The translations under genes and the position numbers were made by a program. 36,261 nt of DNA, from contig CAITYI010000221.1 of NCBI GenBank assembly GCA_903896585.1, forward strand, positions 1 to 36,261, read 5' to 3'. The notes under the pieces are model-generated. The model ran no database searches and was not told the DNA's origin. It saw only the letters and a list, made by a program, of their open reading frames with translations. Position 1 is the first letter of the stretch. Every line of letters begins with the position of its first letter. Positions 26,385 through 35,856 of this stretch are shown in pieces. The DNA is from an uncultured bacterium. Lineage in GTDB: Bacteria > Actinomycetota > Actinomycetes > S36-B12.

Positions 26385-27395
26385 TCAATTCGTGAACAGT
26401 GCACTGTATGCATTGAGAGCGGGCTGACCGCCAAGGTGCGCATACAGCACATTCGATTCCTTCGGAATTACTCCGTTGCGCACTAAATCGATGAGCCCTG
26501 CCATTGACTTGCCTTCATAAACAGGGTCAATGATCATGCCCTCAAGGCTCCCGCTGAGTCGAATGGCATCAAGGGTTGATTGCACCGGAATCCCATAGAG
26601 ATCCCCCGCCCAACCCTCCAGCACCGTGATTTCATCTTCGCGCAATTCCCGATTGAGGCCAATAAGTGCTGCCGTATTTCGGGCGATACGGGCTACCTGC
26701 TCCCGAGCCTTATCCAATGTTGCTGAGGCATCGATGCCGATCACCCTTCGCGGACGATCCTGTCCCGCAAACCCCGCAATCATTCCAGCCTGCGTGCTAC
26801 CTGTCACCGTGCACACAATGATCGTGTCGAAGAAAATTCCAAGTTCCTTTTCTTGCTCTTGTACTTCGTCGGCCCAATTGGCAAAACCAAGTCCACCGAA
26901 TTTATGTTCTGATGCTCCGGCAGGAATTCCATAGGGCTTACCTCCGCGGGCCCGAACATCATCAAGCGCACGATTCCAACTGTCGCGAATACCAATATCG
27001 AAACCTGCAGGGTCCAGTCTGACTTCAGCACCCATGATTCGCGAGAGCAGAATGTTTCCAACCCGATCATTGACACTGTCGGGCCAATCAACCCACTTCT
27101 CTTGCACTAGTACGGCTTTCATCCCGATCTTTGCTGCGACGGCAGCAACCTGCCGCGTGTGATTGGACTGATACCCGCCAATGGATACGAGAGTGTCCGC
27201 ACCCTGGGCAATCGCATCAGGGATGATGTACTCGAGTTTGCGAGTCTTGTTTCCACCGTAGGCAAGCCCACTGTTGACGTCTTCGCGTTTCGCCCAAATT
27301 GTTGCGCCCCCCAGGTACTCGGTGAGGCGTGGCAGTGAGTGAACTGGGCTGGGACCGAAGGTCAGCGGATAGCGAGCAAAATCTGCAATGGGCAT
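26385..27395 (-). CDS. acdS: 1-aminocyclopropane-1-carboxylate deaminase (PLP-dependent, AcdS type)
   Basis: 336 aa. [10 protein letters not shown] carries the PLP lysine. DPVYEGKSM retains Tyr-Glu and YAHLGG retains Leu, the residues used to tell true AcdS from D-cysteine desulfhydrase. Near end-to-end resemblance to Pseudomonas AcdS as I remember it. Confidence 0.8.
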   Translation of the reverse strand: MPIADFARYPLTFGPSPVHSLPRLTEYLGGATIWAKREDVNSGLAYGGNKTRKLEYIIPDAIAQGADTLVSIGGYQSNHTRQVAAVAAKIGMKAVLVQEKWVDWPDSVNDRVGNILLSRIMGAEVRLDPAGFDIGIRDSWNRALDDVRARGGKPYGIPAGASEHKFGGLGFANWADEVQEQEKELGIFFDTIIVCTVTGSTQAGMIAGFAGQDRPRRVIGIDASATLDKAREQVARIARNTAALIGLNRELREDEITVLEGWAGDLYGIPVQSTLDAIRLSGSLEGMIIDPVYEGKSMAGLIDLVRNGVIPKESNVLYAHLGGQPALNAYSALFTN

Positions 27396-27439
27396 GTGAA
27401 TCCTTCATGCGTAGTGGGCACAATTCCTTCGGGTCCAAA

Positions 27440-27925
27440 TTACTCAGGTGCGGGCGGGTTTTCCGCTACTTCCTTTAACCGAACCAAAGTCTTGAGTATT
27501 GCTTTTTGATTATTGTCATAAGCATTCATTAGTTTCAGTGCTGCGGGAATACGAGCCGTTGAACCGTCGAATGTCTCCACCACGACCGTTGTGTGGGGAT
27601 CCACTGCCTCTAATTCATAGCGCCACCGATGGTGGCCCGGGTGACACCAAGCGATTGTTTGTCCCTCCTCAAACTCAACGACAGTGTTCTTGATTCGGTA
27701 GTTAGCAAATATATGCATATCCATGCCGAACTTGGAACCAAGTTCAAGGCGTTCAGGGCCGCGGACATTTCCTCTCAGCGTGCCGGATCCATCAAAGAGG
27801 GCATGATTCCTTGGGTTGGCCACCAGCTCAAATATCTCGGCCGCCGGGGCATTGATAGTGATTTTCCCCGCCCGCTTGTATTTGGAATCGGTCGGAAGTA
27901 TTTCTGCCATAACTTTTTCACTCAT
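27440..27925 (-). CDS. SRPBCC (START/polyketide-cyclase-like) family protein
   Basis: Start trimmed to ATG 27925 (MSEKVMAEILPTD...). Typical SRPBCC length of 161 aa, with ITINAPAAEIFELVANP at the N-terminus. The longer track ORF would overlap the cruF-like gene. Confidence 0.7.
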   Translation of the reverse strand: MSEKVMAEILPTDSKYKRAGKITINAPAAEIFELVANPRNHALFDGSGTLRGNVRGPERLELGSKFGMDMHIFANYRIKNTVVEFEEGQTIAWCHPGHHRWRYELEAVDPHTTVVVETFDGSTARIPAALKLMNAYDNNQKAILKTLVRLKEVAENPPAPE

Positions 27926-27937
27926 GGGACTCACCCT

Positions 27938-28768
27938 ATGGCGAGAGACTTGCCTATGCTTGCCAATATGAGCGTCCGTTTTTATGGCGGACCCCACTCC
28001 GATCGCGGCAAGGGGGCCCCACGGTGGTCCAACTATGTCCCGTGGGTCTTCGCTGGAATCACGATTCTCGGTCAAATTATTTGGATTCTGGTGCAGGGCG
28101 ATGTCCGCGCCTTTTTTACGATTCTCACGGTCGTCACCTTTTTTCTCACCAGCGTCACACACGCTTACTTTCGTCGCGGGCTCTCCTGGACCCTGAGTTT
28201 CTTCTCCATCACCCTTGTCTACGGATGGTGCATTGAGGCCCTCGGCACCGCAACATCATTTCCCTTTGGTCCCTACACCTATAGCGGAACAATTGGTCCA
28301 TCGCTTGGCCCCGTGCCCATAATCATCCCGCTCGCGTGGTCCATGATGGCTTATCCGGTGCTACTCGCAGTCCAGCGCTTGGTAAGCGCACCCATGGCTA
28401 CCGCCTTTATTGGTGGATGGTTACTCGCGTCCTGGGACTTATTCCTCGACCCGATGATGGTGGGCGAGGGTTACTGGACTTGGCAAAATATTGGTTGGGT
28501 GTTGCCAGGAATCCCAGATATTCCGTTACAGAATTTTCTTGGATGGCTCCTTGGCTCAATTGGCTTGATGTACGCCCTTAATTTATTGCCGCGCAAAGTC
28601 GCCAAGGATCATGTTCCTAACACCATGCTTATTTGGATCTACTTTTCTAACATTCTTGCGGCCGCGGTCTTTTTGGGTACACCGGCGGTGGCTATCTGGG
28701 GTGGCGTCTGCATGGGTCTAGTAATGATTCCCTGGATGTGGCGAATTTGGAGTCAGCCTCAGTGGTAA
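27938..28768 (+). CDS. cruF: Carotenoid biosynthesis membrane protein, CruF-like (carotenoid 1,2-hydratase family, PF04240-like)
   Basis: Polytopic membrane protein with ASWDLFLDPMMVGEGYWTW and PLQNFLGW segments, recalled from the Caroten_synth/CruF family. Start is one of ATG 27938, 27956 or 27968. The N-terminal 103 codons of the track ORF are antisense to the SRPBCC gene and were discarded. Confidence 0.6.
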   Translation: MARDLPMLANMSVRFYGGPHSDRGKGAPRWSNYVPWVFAGITILGQIIWILVQGDVRAFFTILTVVTFFLTSVTHAYFRRGLSWTLSFFSITLVYGWCIEALGTATSFPFGPYTYSGTIGPSLGPVPIIIPLAWSMMAYPVLLAVQRLVSAPMATAFIGGWLLASWDLFLDPMMVGEGYWTWQNIGWVLPGIPDIPLQNFLGWLLGSIGLMYALNLLPRKVAKDHVPNTMLIWIYFSNILAAAVFLGTPAVAIWGGVCMGLVMIPWMWRIWSQPQW

Positions 28769-29871
28769 TGGTGCAAGCAGGTTCACTACTGGCAGTGGCA
28801 CTAGCCGCACATACTGCCTACAACCTCAAAGTTCTCCGCGACCCAATGTTTTCAGGGATTGAAATTTCCGAACCCATCAGCATTTTGATTCCTGCCCGCA
28901 ATGAAGAATCAACCATTGCCCAAGCAGTCCTGACCGCGTGCGCCCAGCAAGGTTTAAAGGACTTTGAAGTAATTGTGCTCGACGATGATTCCCATGACCG
29001 GACTGCCGAGATCGTTAATCAGCTCGCTCTCCACGACTCGCGAATTCAGCTGATTCGAAGTGATGAACAGGTTCCATCTGACTGGATGGGGAAACAATTT
29101 GCCTGTCACCGGCTATCTCAGATTGCCCGAGGATCAGTTCTGGTTTTTGTCGATGCAGATGTTGAACTTGCACCCCACGCCGTTGCTGCATGTGTCGAAC
29201 TACTTCGCAGTGAAAGTCTGGCACTGGTTGCCCCCTACCCGAAACAGCATGCTGTTGGGCTCTTGGAGCGCTTAGTGCAGCCCCTGGTGGTGTGGTCATG
29301 GGTCGCCACGCTCCCAGTGGGAATTGCTGAAAGATCCCTTCGTCCAAGTTTGTCTGCCGCGAATGGCCAGTTGCTAGTGCTGGACACGAAGGCCTACCAG
29401 CAAGCGGGCGGACATGCGTCTGTCCGGGACATTGTCCTCGAAGACATAGCACTCATGCGATCACTGAAAAAATCCGGTGCGCGCTGCACCACGGTAAATG
29501 GTGCGCATCTTGCCGAATGCCGCATGTACCAATCGACACAGGATGTAATAACCGGGTACACCAAGTCCCTCTGGAGCGCATTTGGCTCCCCCGCGGGTTC
29601 TATTGCAGTGGGTGCGCTTCTCGCCGCCACTTATATTGCCCCAGCCGCGGGCATGGTCGCATCACCTAAAAAATCGACCCGGGCAATTGGCACTATTGGT
29701 TATTCGGCGGGCGTGCTCAGCAGGGCACTCGTGGCACAACGAACAGCTAATCCAGTTCTCCCTGACTCACTCGCCCACCCGGTTTCCATAGCCACCTTCA
29801 TTGGGCTCACCGCACTCAGTTGGTCACGCCACCTGCGAGGAAAGAACACCTGGAAGGGTCGAGTCCTGTGA
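28768..29871 (+). CDS. Family-2 glycosyltransferase (CruC-like carotenoid glycosyltransferase candidate)
   Basis: GT-A motifs ISILIPARNEE, VIVLDDDSHDRT and FVDADV. ATG 28768 forms a TAATG overlap with the cruF-like stop; ATG 28738 is an alternative. Confidence 0.75.
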   Translation: MVQAGSLLAVALAAHTAYNLKVLRDPMFSGIEISEPISILIPARNEESTIAQAVLTACAQQGLKDFEVIVLDDDSHDRTAEIVNQLALHDSRIQLIRSDEQVPSDWMGKQFACHRLSQIARGSVLVFVDADVELAPHAVAACVELLRSESLALVAPYPKQHAVGLLERLVQPLVVWSWVATLPVGIAERSLRPSLSAANGQLLVLDTKAYQQAGGHASVRDIVLEDIALMRSLKKSGARCTTVNGAHLAECRMYQSTQDVITGYTKSLWSAFGSPAGSIAVGALLAATYIAPAAGMVASPKKSTRAIGTIGYSAGVLSRALVAQRTANPVLPDSLAHPVSIATFIGLTALSWSRHLRGKNTWKGRVL

Positions 29872-31364
29872 GCAACGTGATTGTCATTGGGGCAGGCGTC
29901 GGTGGTTTGGCCGCAGCGGCCCGGTTATCAGTTAAAGGCCACTCGGTCACAATCGTGGAACAGGCAGATCGAGTGGGCGGGAAACTTCATACCTACCGGC
30001 GGGCCGGATATGCATTCGATACCGGACCTAGCTTGTTCACACTCCCCGCTGTCTATCGGGATCTCTTTCTCAAGACGGGAAAGAGTTTGGAGGAGAGCGT
30101 TGATCTCCAGCCCGTTGAACCAGCCTTTCGCTATCACTTTCCCGATGGATCTGAATTACTACTTCCGGGTGCGGATCCGGCTCAGTGTGCCAATGCCATT
30201 GCTACGTGCATGGGAGAACAAGCCGGCGACCAATGGCGGGAATTCATGGAACGCGCTGGGGAAATGTGGCGAATCACTCGACAACCATTTTTACAATCCC
30301 CGCTCAATGGATTCGCATCACTCCTGCCATTAGCGAATCCAAAGGATATTGCCACCATTGCGCCCTTTACGACTCTACGAAAATTAGCTACCAAGACATT
30401 CACCGACCCGCGCCTGATCACACTCGTTGATCGATATGCGACCTACACCGGCTCGGATCCACGAAAAGCTCCTGCAGTTCTCGCCACCGTTCCCTATATT
30501 GAACAACTATTTGGTGTGTGGCATATCGGTGGAGGGCTAGGGACACTTGCTGATGCCCTCGAAAAGCGATGTGTGGAACGTGGAGTAAATATTCAACTTA
30601 ATACTTCAGTCGGTGAAATTCTCACGGAAGGGAATCGCGTCACGGGAATTCGCACCAGTGCTGGTGAAGTAATGCCCGCAGACATCGTGGTGTCCAATTC
30701 GGATGCCAGACTGACGTACAACAAACTCCTCGCACAATCCTCCACTAAAAAGCCAAAGGTCCCCGGCGACCCTTCCCTAGCCGGATTTGTCATCCTTCTG
30801 GGCCTTCGCGGCCGAACTCCAGATATTGCACATCACAATGTGTGGTTTCCCGAAAATTACAATGCAGAATTTGATGCCATTTTTGGACGCAACCCGGAGC
30901 CAGTTGCTGATCCAACTATCTACGTTTGCTCACCCGATGATCCACTCATGCGACCCAACTCCGACAGTGAAGCGTGGTTCATTCTGGTGAACGCACCCCG
31001 ACATGATTCATCGGGGCGAGATGGTGTCAACTGGGATGCCCCCGGCCTCGCTGAGTCATACGGAAATCGCATACTCAACATTCTTGCAACTCGTGGAACA
31101 GATATTCGTGATCGCATTGAATTCCTAGAAATACGCACACCCGCTGACCTTGAGCGGGAAACCCGAGCACCCGGTGGATCCATTTACGGTACCTCGAGCA
31201 ACGGGGTAAATGCTGCGTTCAACCGGCCAGCCAATCGGTCACCCATTGAGGGACTCTTCCTTGTTGGTGGTTCATCTCACCCTGGTGGCGGGCTGCCACT
31301 TGTTGGCATGGGCGCCGAAATTACCGCTGATCTGATTGGCCGAGCACGACCTGTTGGCGTCTAA
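29868..31364 (+). CDS. Phytoene desaturase-family FAD oxidoreductase (CrtD-like carotenoid 3,4-desaturase candidate)
   Basis: Dinucleotide-binding VIVIGAGVGGLAAAARL and C-terminal GGSSHPGGGLP. GTG 29868 gives a GTGA overlap with the glycosyltransferase stop. A second CrtI paralogue in the same cluster. Confidence 0.8.
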   Translation: MSNVIVIGAGVGGLAAAARLSVKGHSVTIVEQADRVGGKLHTYRRAGYAFDTGPSLFTLPAVYRDLFLKTGKSLEESVDLQPVEPAFRYHFPDGSELLLPGADPAQCANAIATCMGEQAGDQWREFMERAGEMWRITRQPFLQSPLNGFASLLPLANPKDIATIAPFTTLRKLATKTFTDPRLITLVDRYATYTGSDPRKAPAVLATVPYIEQLFGVWHIGGGLGTLADALEKRCVERGVNIQLNTSVGEILTEGNRVTGIRTSAGEVMPADIVVSNSDARLTYNKLLAQSSTKKPKVPGDPSLAGFVILLGLRGRTPDIAHHNVWFPENYNAEFDAIFGRNPEPVADPTIYVCSPDDPLMRPNSDSEAWFILVNAPRHDSSGRDGVNWDAPGLAESYGNRILNILATRGTDIRDRIEFLEIRTPADLERETRAPGGSIYGTSSNGVNAAFNRPANRSPIEGLFLVGGSSHPGGGLPLVGMGAEITADLIGRARPVGV

Positions 31365-31415
31365 GCCACTATTTCAGTATTAACTCCCGCTTGTAGTTCC
31401 CTCCAGCGCAACGAA

Positions 31416-31458
31416 CCCAACGCAATAAAGCCCAAGGCAATAAACCCAAGGCAATAGG
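31416..31458. repeat. Three tandem 14-15 bp repeats immediately upstream of crtE
   Basis: cccaacgcaataaag / cccaaggcaataaa / cccaaggcaatagg, ending 8 nt before the crtE GTG at 31467. Confidence 0.85.
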
Positions 31459-31466
31459 CTTACGGA

Positions 31467-32555
31467 GTGCCCTCCAGTCCCCTTGATGCCGCGGACCTGC
31501 GCTCACGCGTTCAAATGGTGGTGGACTCTTTCCTCACCCAGCAGGAGGTAATCCTCAATGGGGTGGGCTGTGATGTCAGTCCACTTCTTGATTCAGTAAG
31601 AACTCTGCTTTCCGGCGGGAAAAGATTGCGTCCCGCATTTTGTTATTGGGGTTGGCGGGGCGCTGCACCTGTCGATCAGTTGAGCGATCCTGACTTCGAA
31701 GAATCCACCGTTCAAGCGGCCAGCTCCCTTGAATTCCTTCAGGGTTGCGCCCTTATTCACGACGATGTCATGGATGGCTCCGATACCCGCCGAGGTCTAC
31801 CCGCGGCGCACCGACAATTCGCCGCCATGCACCGGGGGCAGCAATGGGCGGGTGGCGCGGACAAATTTGGTGAAGGCGCCGCCATTTTGCTGGGTGACTT
31901 ATGTCTTTCATGGGCAGATGAACTCCTGCTCAACACGGCACTGCCCCAGAAAAGCTTGTCTGGCGCCAAAAGGGTGTACAACGAGATGCGCACCGAGTTG
32001 ATGGCCGGCCAATACCTCGACCTCCTTGAGCAGGCCCGCGGAGGTGGCTCTATTGAGAGAGCACTTCGAGTGGTGCGATACAAGAGCGCCAAATACACGA
32101 TTGAGCGTCCATTACACATTGGAGCCGCCATAGCGCAAGCTCCACAAAGCATTTTCGATTCCTACACCGGCTATGGCCTGCCATTGGGTGAGGCCTTTCA
32201 ATTACGCGATGATGTCCTTGGGGTCTTTGGCGACCCAGAAGTGACTGGCAAGCCGGCCGGCGATGACCTGCGGGAAGGAAAGCGCACCGTTCTCATTGCC
32301 ATCGCTTGTGAGCGAGCAGACAAGGTGCAATCCCGACAAATTCGAGAGAAACTCGGCGACCAGCACCTCCAGCTTGATGACGTAAGCATTCTGCGGGAAA
32401 TTATCGAAAATACCGGTGCTCTCGCCTATACCGAGAACTTAATTGGCGAACTTCTCAATAGGGCAATAGATTCACTGAGTAATCCCGATCTCAACCCCGA
32501 CGCCGCTGCAGTGTTGACTGAACTCGCACATGCAGCAACAACCAGGAAAGTGTGA
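31467..32555 (+). CDS. crtE: Geranylgeranyl diphosphate synthase (polyprenyl synthetase family)
   Basis: 362 aa. First DDxxD in LIHDDVMDGSDTRRG and second in FQLRDDVLG. GTG start; an ATG 15 codons downstream is possible. Confidence 0.88.
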   Translation: MPSSPLDAADLRSRVQMVVDSFLTQQEVILNGVGCDVSPLLDSVRTLLSGGKRLRPAFCYWGWRGAAPVDQLSDPDFEESTVQAASSLEFLQGCALIHDDVMDGSDTRRGLPAAHRQFAAMHRGQQWAGGADKFGEGAAILLGDLCLSWADELLLNTALPQKSLSGAKRVYNEMRTELMAGQYLDLLEQARGGGSIERALRVVRYKSAKYTIERPLHIGAAIAQAPQSIFDSYTGYGLPLGEAFQLRDDVLGVFGDPEVTGKPAGDDLREGKRTVLIAIACERADKVQSRQIREKLGDQHLQLDDVSILREIIENTGALAYTENLIGELLNRAIDSLSNPDLNPDAAAVLTELAHAATTRKV

Positions 32556-34111
32556 ACGTGTCCTCGATTCGCAACGCCATCCATCGCCTCCTTCCAGCTC
32601 CGCGAACCGTCACCGGGCCAACTGACCATGTGGTTGTTGTCGGCGCCGGGTTGGCCGGTCTCTCTGCCGCCATGCGACTGGCCGGGTCCGGCCGGAAAGT
32701 CACGGTTATTGAACGAGAAGCGATTCCCGGTGGTCGTGCTGGGCGCATTGAAATGCAGGGGCCAACCGGCACCTACCACGCTGATACTGGCCCCACCGTT
32801 CTCACCATGCCCGACCTGATTGCCGATTGCTTTGATTCCCTCGGCGAAACCATGGAAGATTGGTTGACCTTGGATCCGGTGGCACCGTTGTATCGGGCTT
32901 TTTATCCCGATGGCTCCGTTCTGAATGTGCACAGCGATGTATCTGAAATGGCCCAAGAGATCACCGAGGTTATTGGACCAGAGGAAGCGGCTGGGTTCGA
33001 AAAGTACGTTGAGTTCGTTTCCAAGCTCTATAAATATGAGATGAAAGATTTCATCGATCGAAATATTGACTCTCCATTAGACCTACTCACTCCTGATCTG
33101 GCCAAACTTGTTGCCATTGGCGGGTTTCGTAAGTTAGCTCCCAAGGTGCGGGAGTACCTCAAGGACCCGCGCACCGAGAGAATTTATTCCTTCCAGGCCA
33201 TGTATGCCGGCCTTTCTCCCTACGATGCACTCGCCATTTACGCCGTTATTGCCTACATGGATTCCGTCGCCGGAGTTTTCTTCCCTCGCGGGGGCATGCA
33301 CGCTGTGCCCAAGGCAATGGCAGCCGCGGCAGAAAAAAACGGTGTGGAATTTAAGTACAACACAACGGTTGAGAAGGTGGTTCACAGCAACGGCCGAGCA
33401 ACGGGCGTACTCACGACCGACGGTGATTTCATCGCGGCCGATGTCGTTGTGCTTAATCCTGATCTTCCCGTGGCCTATACCGAATTACTGGGTACCGAAC
33501 CGTGGTCGGTGAAGCGCCTCACCTATTCCCCATCTTGTTTTTTGCTTCTCGCCGGATCAACTCAGAAATATTCGAAGATCGCGCATCACAATATCCATTT
33601 TGGGAAATCCTGGAAAAACGTTTTTACCGAACTGATCGACAAGAAGCAACTGATGACCGACCCCAGCATTTTGGTAACGAACCCCAGTTACTCAGACCCC
33701 AGTCTCGCCCCCGAAGGCAAAGAGCTCTACTACATCCTCTTCCCCACTCCCAATCTCGATGCCCCTATTGATTGGAAGGAAATTGGACCCAGATACCGCG
33801 ATGACTGCGTCCGAGTTCTTGAGGAACGTGGATACATTGGTCTGGGTGACTCAATCGAAGTGGAGAATGTGACCACTCCGCTTGATTGGGCCGATCGCGG
33901 GATGGAACGCGGCGCACCTTTTGCCGCGGCCCATTCATTCGGCCAGACGGGTCCATTTCGTCCCGGGAACATGTGGGGGGAAAACATTGTCTTCACCGGT
34001 TCGGGAACCCAACCTGGAGTAGGTGTACCCATGGTGTTGATCTCAGGGCGATTGGCCGCCGAGCGCATCACCGGAAAGGATCCAAGTTACCGGTCTAGGG
34101 CCACACGTTGA
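32552..34111 (+). CDS. crtI: Phytoene desaturase
   Basis: 519 aa with VVVGAGLAGLSAAMRLAGSG. CrtI-like throughout. GTGA overlap with the crtE stop. Confidence 0.9.
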   Translation: MNVSSIRNAIHRLLPAPRTVTGPTDHVVVVGAGLAGLSAAMRLAGSGRKVTVIEREAIPGGRAGRIEMQGPTGTYHADTGPTVLTMPDLIADCFDSLGETMEDWLTLDPVAPLYRAFYPDGSVLNVHSDVSEMAQEITEVIGPEEAAGFEKYVEFVSKLYKYEMKDFIDRNIDSPLDLLTPDLAKLVAIGGFRKLAPKVREYLKDPRTERIYSFQAMYAGLSPYDALAIYAVIAYMDSVAGVFFPRGGMHAVPKAMAAAAEKNGVEFKYNTTVEKVVHSNGRATGVLTTDGDFIAADVVVLNPDLPVAYTELLGTEPWSVKRLTYSPSCFLLLAGSTQKYSKIAHHNIHFGKSWKNVFTELIDKKQLMTDPSILVTNPSYSDPSLAPEGKELYYILFPTPNLDAPIDWKEIGPRYRDDCVRVLEERGYIGLGDSIEVENVTTPLDWADRGMERGAPFAAAHSFGQTGPFRPGNMWGENIVFTGSGTQPGVGVPMVLISGRLAAERITGKDPSYRSRATR

Positions 34112-35109
34112 CATCCGGCAATCTGCATCACCGCACAGCCGCACCCCGCGTCAGCAGGGTGCACCGCAAGGAATACCAACAGGCCGGCATCACCGATCCG
34201 AATCTCATTGCATCTTATGAAGTGTGTCGGGAACTTAACGCCAAACATGGCAAGACGTATTACCTAGCCACCCTGTTGCTCCCCCCCGGTAAGCGCCCAT
34301 ATGTTCATGCACTTTATGGATTTGCTCGCTATGCAGATGAAATCGTCGATGACCTTGATTCCACCCTTTCTGACCAAGAAAAAGCAGAACTTCTGCGCAC
34401 ATGGGGTGACAACTTTATGCGCGATGTCCGCGAGGGAAGTTCCGAAGATCCGGTTTGTCGAGCGGTCGTTCATACGGTGCGACGCTGGGATATCCCGCTT
34501 GATTACTTCGAATCTTTTTTACATTCCATGACCATGGATCTCACTGTCACCGAGTATCAGACCTTCGATGAACTGTACGAATATGTTTACGGTTCTGCCG
34601 CCGTAATCGGCTTACAAATGGTGCCGATTTTGGAACCTGATAACCCCGAGGCATTTGACCGGGCCAAGGACCTTGGCGTGGCTTTTCAACTGGCCAACTT
34701 CATTCGCGATGTCAACGAAGACTTGGATCGTGGCCGGGTGTACTTGCCACTCGACGAACTTGCTCGCTTCGGCGTGACTCGCGCTGATCTGGAAAAGCGG
34801 GAGTTGACACCACAAATCAAAGCGGCGCTTAGACATCAAATTGACCGGGTACGGCGCCTAGATCGAGAGTCCATTGTCGGAATCAGCATGCTGCATCCGG
34901 CATCGCGAGATTGCATTGAGGCTGCTCGGATCTTGTACTGCGGTATTGCAAACCAAGTTGAGGAAATCGACTTCGAAGTATTTAAAAAGCGCGCAAGGGT
35001 CCCTGTTCGCACCCGATTTTGGGTGGCATTTCCTGCTTGGCAACGAGCCCGTAAAGCCCGAAAAATTTATGGGCCTGGCAAAGTTCAAGGCCTGCATCCA
35101 GACTTTTAG
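34108..35109 (+). CDS. crtB: Phytoene synthase
   Basis: 333 aa. Squalene/phytoene synthase motifs YGFARYADEIVDD and ANFIRDVNEDLDRGRVYLP. TTG 34108 overlaps the crtI stop; a downstream GTG is possible. Confidence 0.9.
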   Translation: MTSGNLHHRTAAPRVSRVHRKEYQQAGITDPNLIASYEVCRELNAKHGKTYYLATLLLPPGKRPYVHALYGFARYADEIVDDLDSTLSDQEKAELLRTWGDNFMRDVREGSSEDPVCRAVVHTVRRWDIPLDYFESFLHSMTMDLTVTEYQTFDELYEYVYGSAAVIGLQMVPILEPDNPEAFDRAKDLGVAFQLANFIRDVNEDLDRGRVYLPLDELARFGVTRADLEKRELTPQIKAALRHQIDRVRRLDRESIVGISMLHPASRDCIEAARILYCGIANQVEEIDFEVFKKRARVPVRTRFWVAFPAWQRARKARKIYGPGKVQGLHPDF

Positions 35110-35492
35110 TCCGGCGGCTTTCGCCAGATCGGCGGACCCGACATTGGCACGCGGTCAATTCCGCGGCGTCCCCAAAATACCCACAGCACAAGCGATAAAA
35201 GTACCAAGGAAAATCCAAATAGGAGATCCTCGACCGGAGCAAATGCAATTCGACCATCGCCAAAAAATGGTGGCGCGGAATCCGCCGGTGAAGTGGATCC
35301 GATGATAGCTTCCCCATTGTATTTAACAATTTGAAAACCTGTGAACATTCCATTTGTGATGAATTGAAAGAATACGATGATGAGATAGGAAACCCAGAAA
35401 ATTTTCCGGGAGATTAATCGGGTCCGAAATACAAAGAGATCAGCAATAACCGCGATCAACACCGCCAGCACTCCAATTGCCGTGTAGGTCAT
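35106..35492 (-). CDS. crtYd: Lycopene cyclase domain protein, second subunit of the heterodimeric cyclase
   Basis: 128 aa, three TM helices, APVEDLLFGF (PxE/D-type motif). ATGA-type coupling to the upstream subunit gene. Its stop codon overlaps the crtB stop codon, with the two genes convergent. Confidence 0.8.
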   Translation of the reverse strand: MTYTAIGVLAVLIAVIADLFVFRTRLISRKIFWVSYLIIVFFQFITNGMFTGFQIVKYNGEAIIGSTSPADSAPPFFGDGRIAFAPVEDLLFGFSLVLLSLVLWVFWGRRGIDRVPMSGPPIWRKPPD

Positions 35493-35833
35493 GGGACTTC
35501 ATCTCCGACGCGCCATCCTTTAACACTCCGAACCGCTTCAAGAGTCAGAATTGATACAAAAGGAATGAGAATGAAGAACAGTAGTTCATCGAGGGGGATA
35601 TCGAATAGTAAATATATTCCTAGAATTCGTGCTTCATCAAACCACCAGTGACCTTGACTGATTGCGTACGCATCCCAAATAAGAAATGGGATTACCACCG
35701 GAACAATAGCCAATAAAAGCCTACGAGGCCGTACGAGAACTCTCGTCCTCAAGACAACTTCCAGCCAGATTGATCCGAGAATGACAAAGGCGAGAACAGC
35801 CACGTAACTGAAAGAGCCGAACTCAATCTCCAC
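35489..35833 (-). CDS. crtYc: Lycopene cyclase domain protein, first subunit of the heterodimeric cyclase
   Basis: 114 aa, three TM helices, DIPLDELLFFILIPF motif. Confidence 0.8.
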   Translation of the reverse strand: MEIEFGSFSYVAVLAFVILGSIWLEVVLRTRVLVRPRRLLLAIVPVVIPFLIWDAYAISQGHWWFDEARILGIYLLFDIPLDELLFFILIPFVSILTLEAVRSVKGWRVGDEVP

Positions 35834-35856
35834 GTGATGACTCTAAACTGTGTAAT

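Noticed and set aside
27629-27937. Long N-terminal extensions of both divergent track ORFs (27629..28768 plus and 27440..28162 minus)
   Set aside because: The two ORFs overlap each other by more than 500 nt. Only the SRPBCC core (from ATG 27925) and the membrane-protein core (from ATG 27938 or later) look like real protein. The extensions are each other's antisense shadows.
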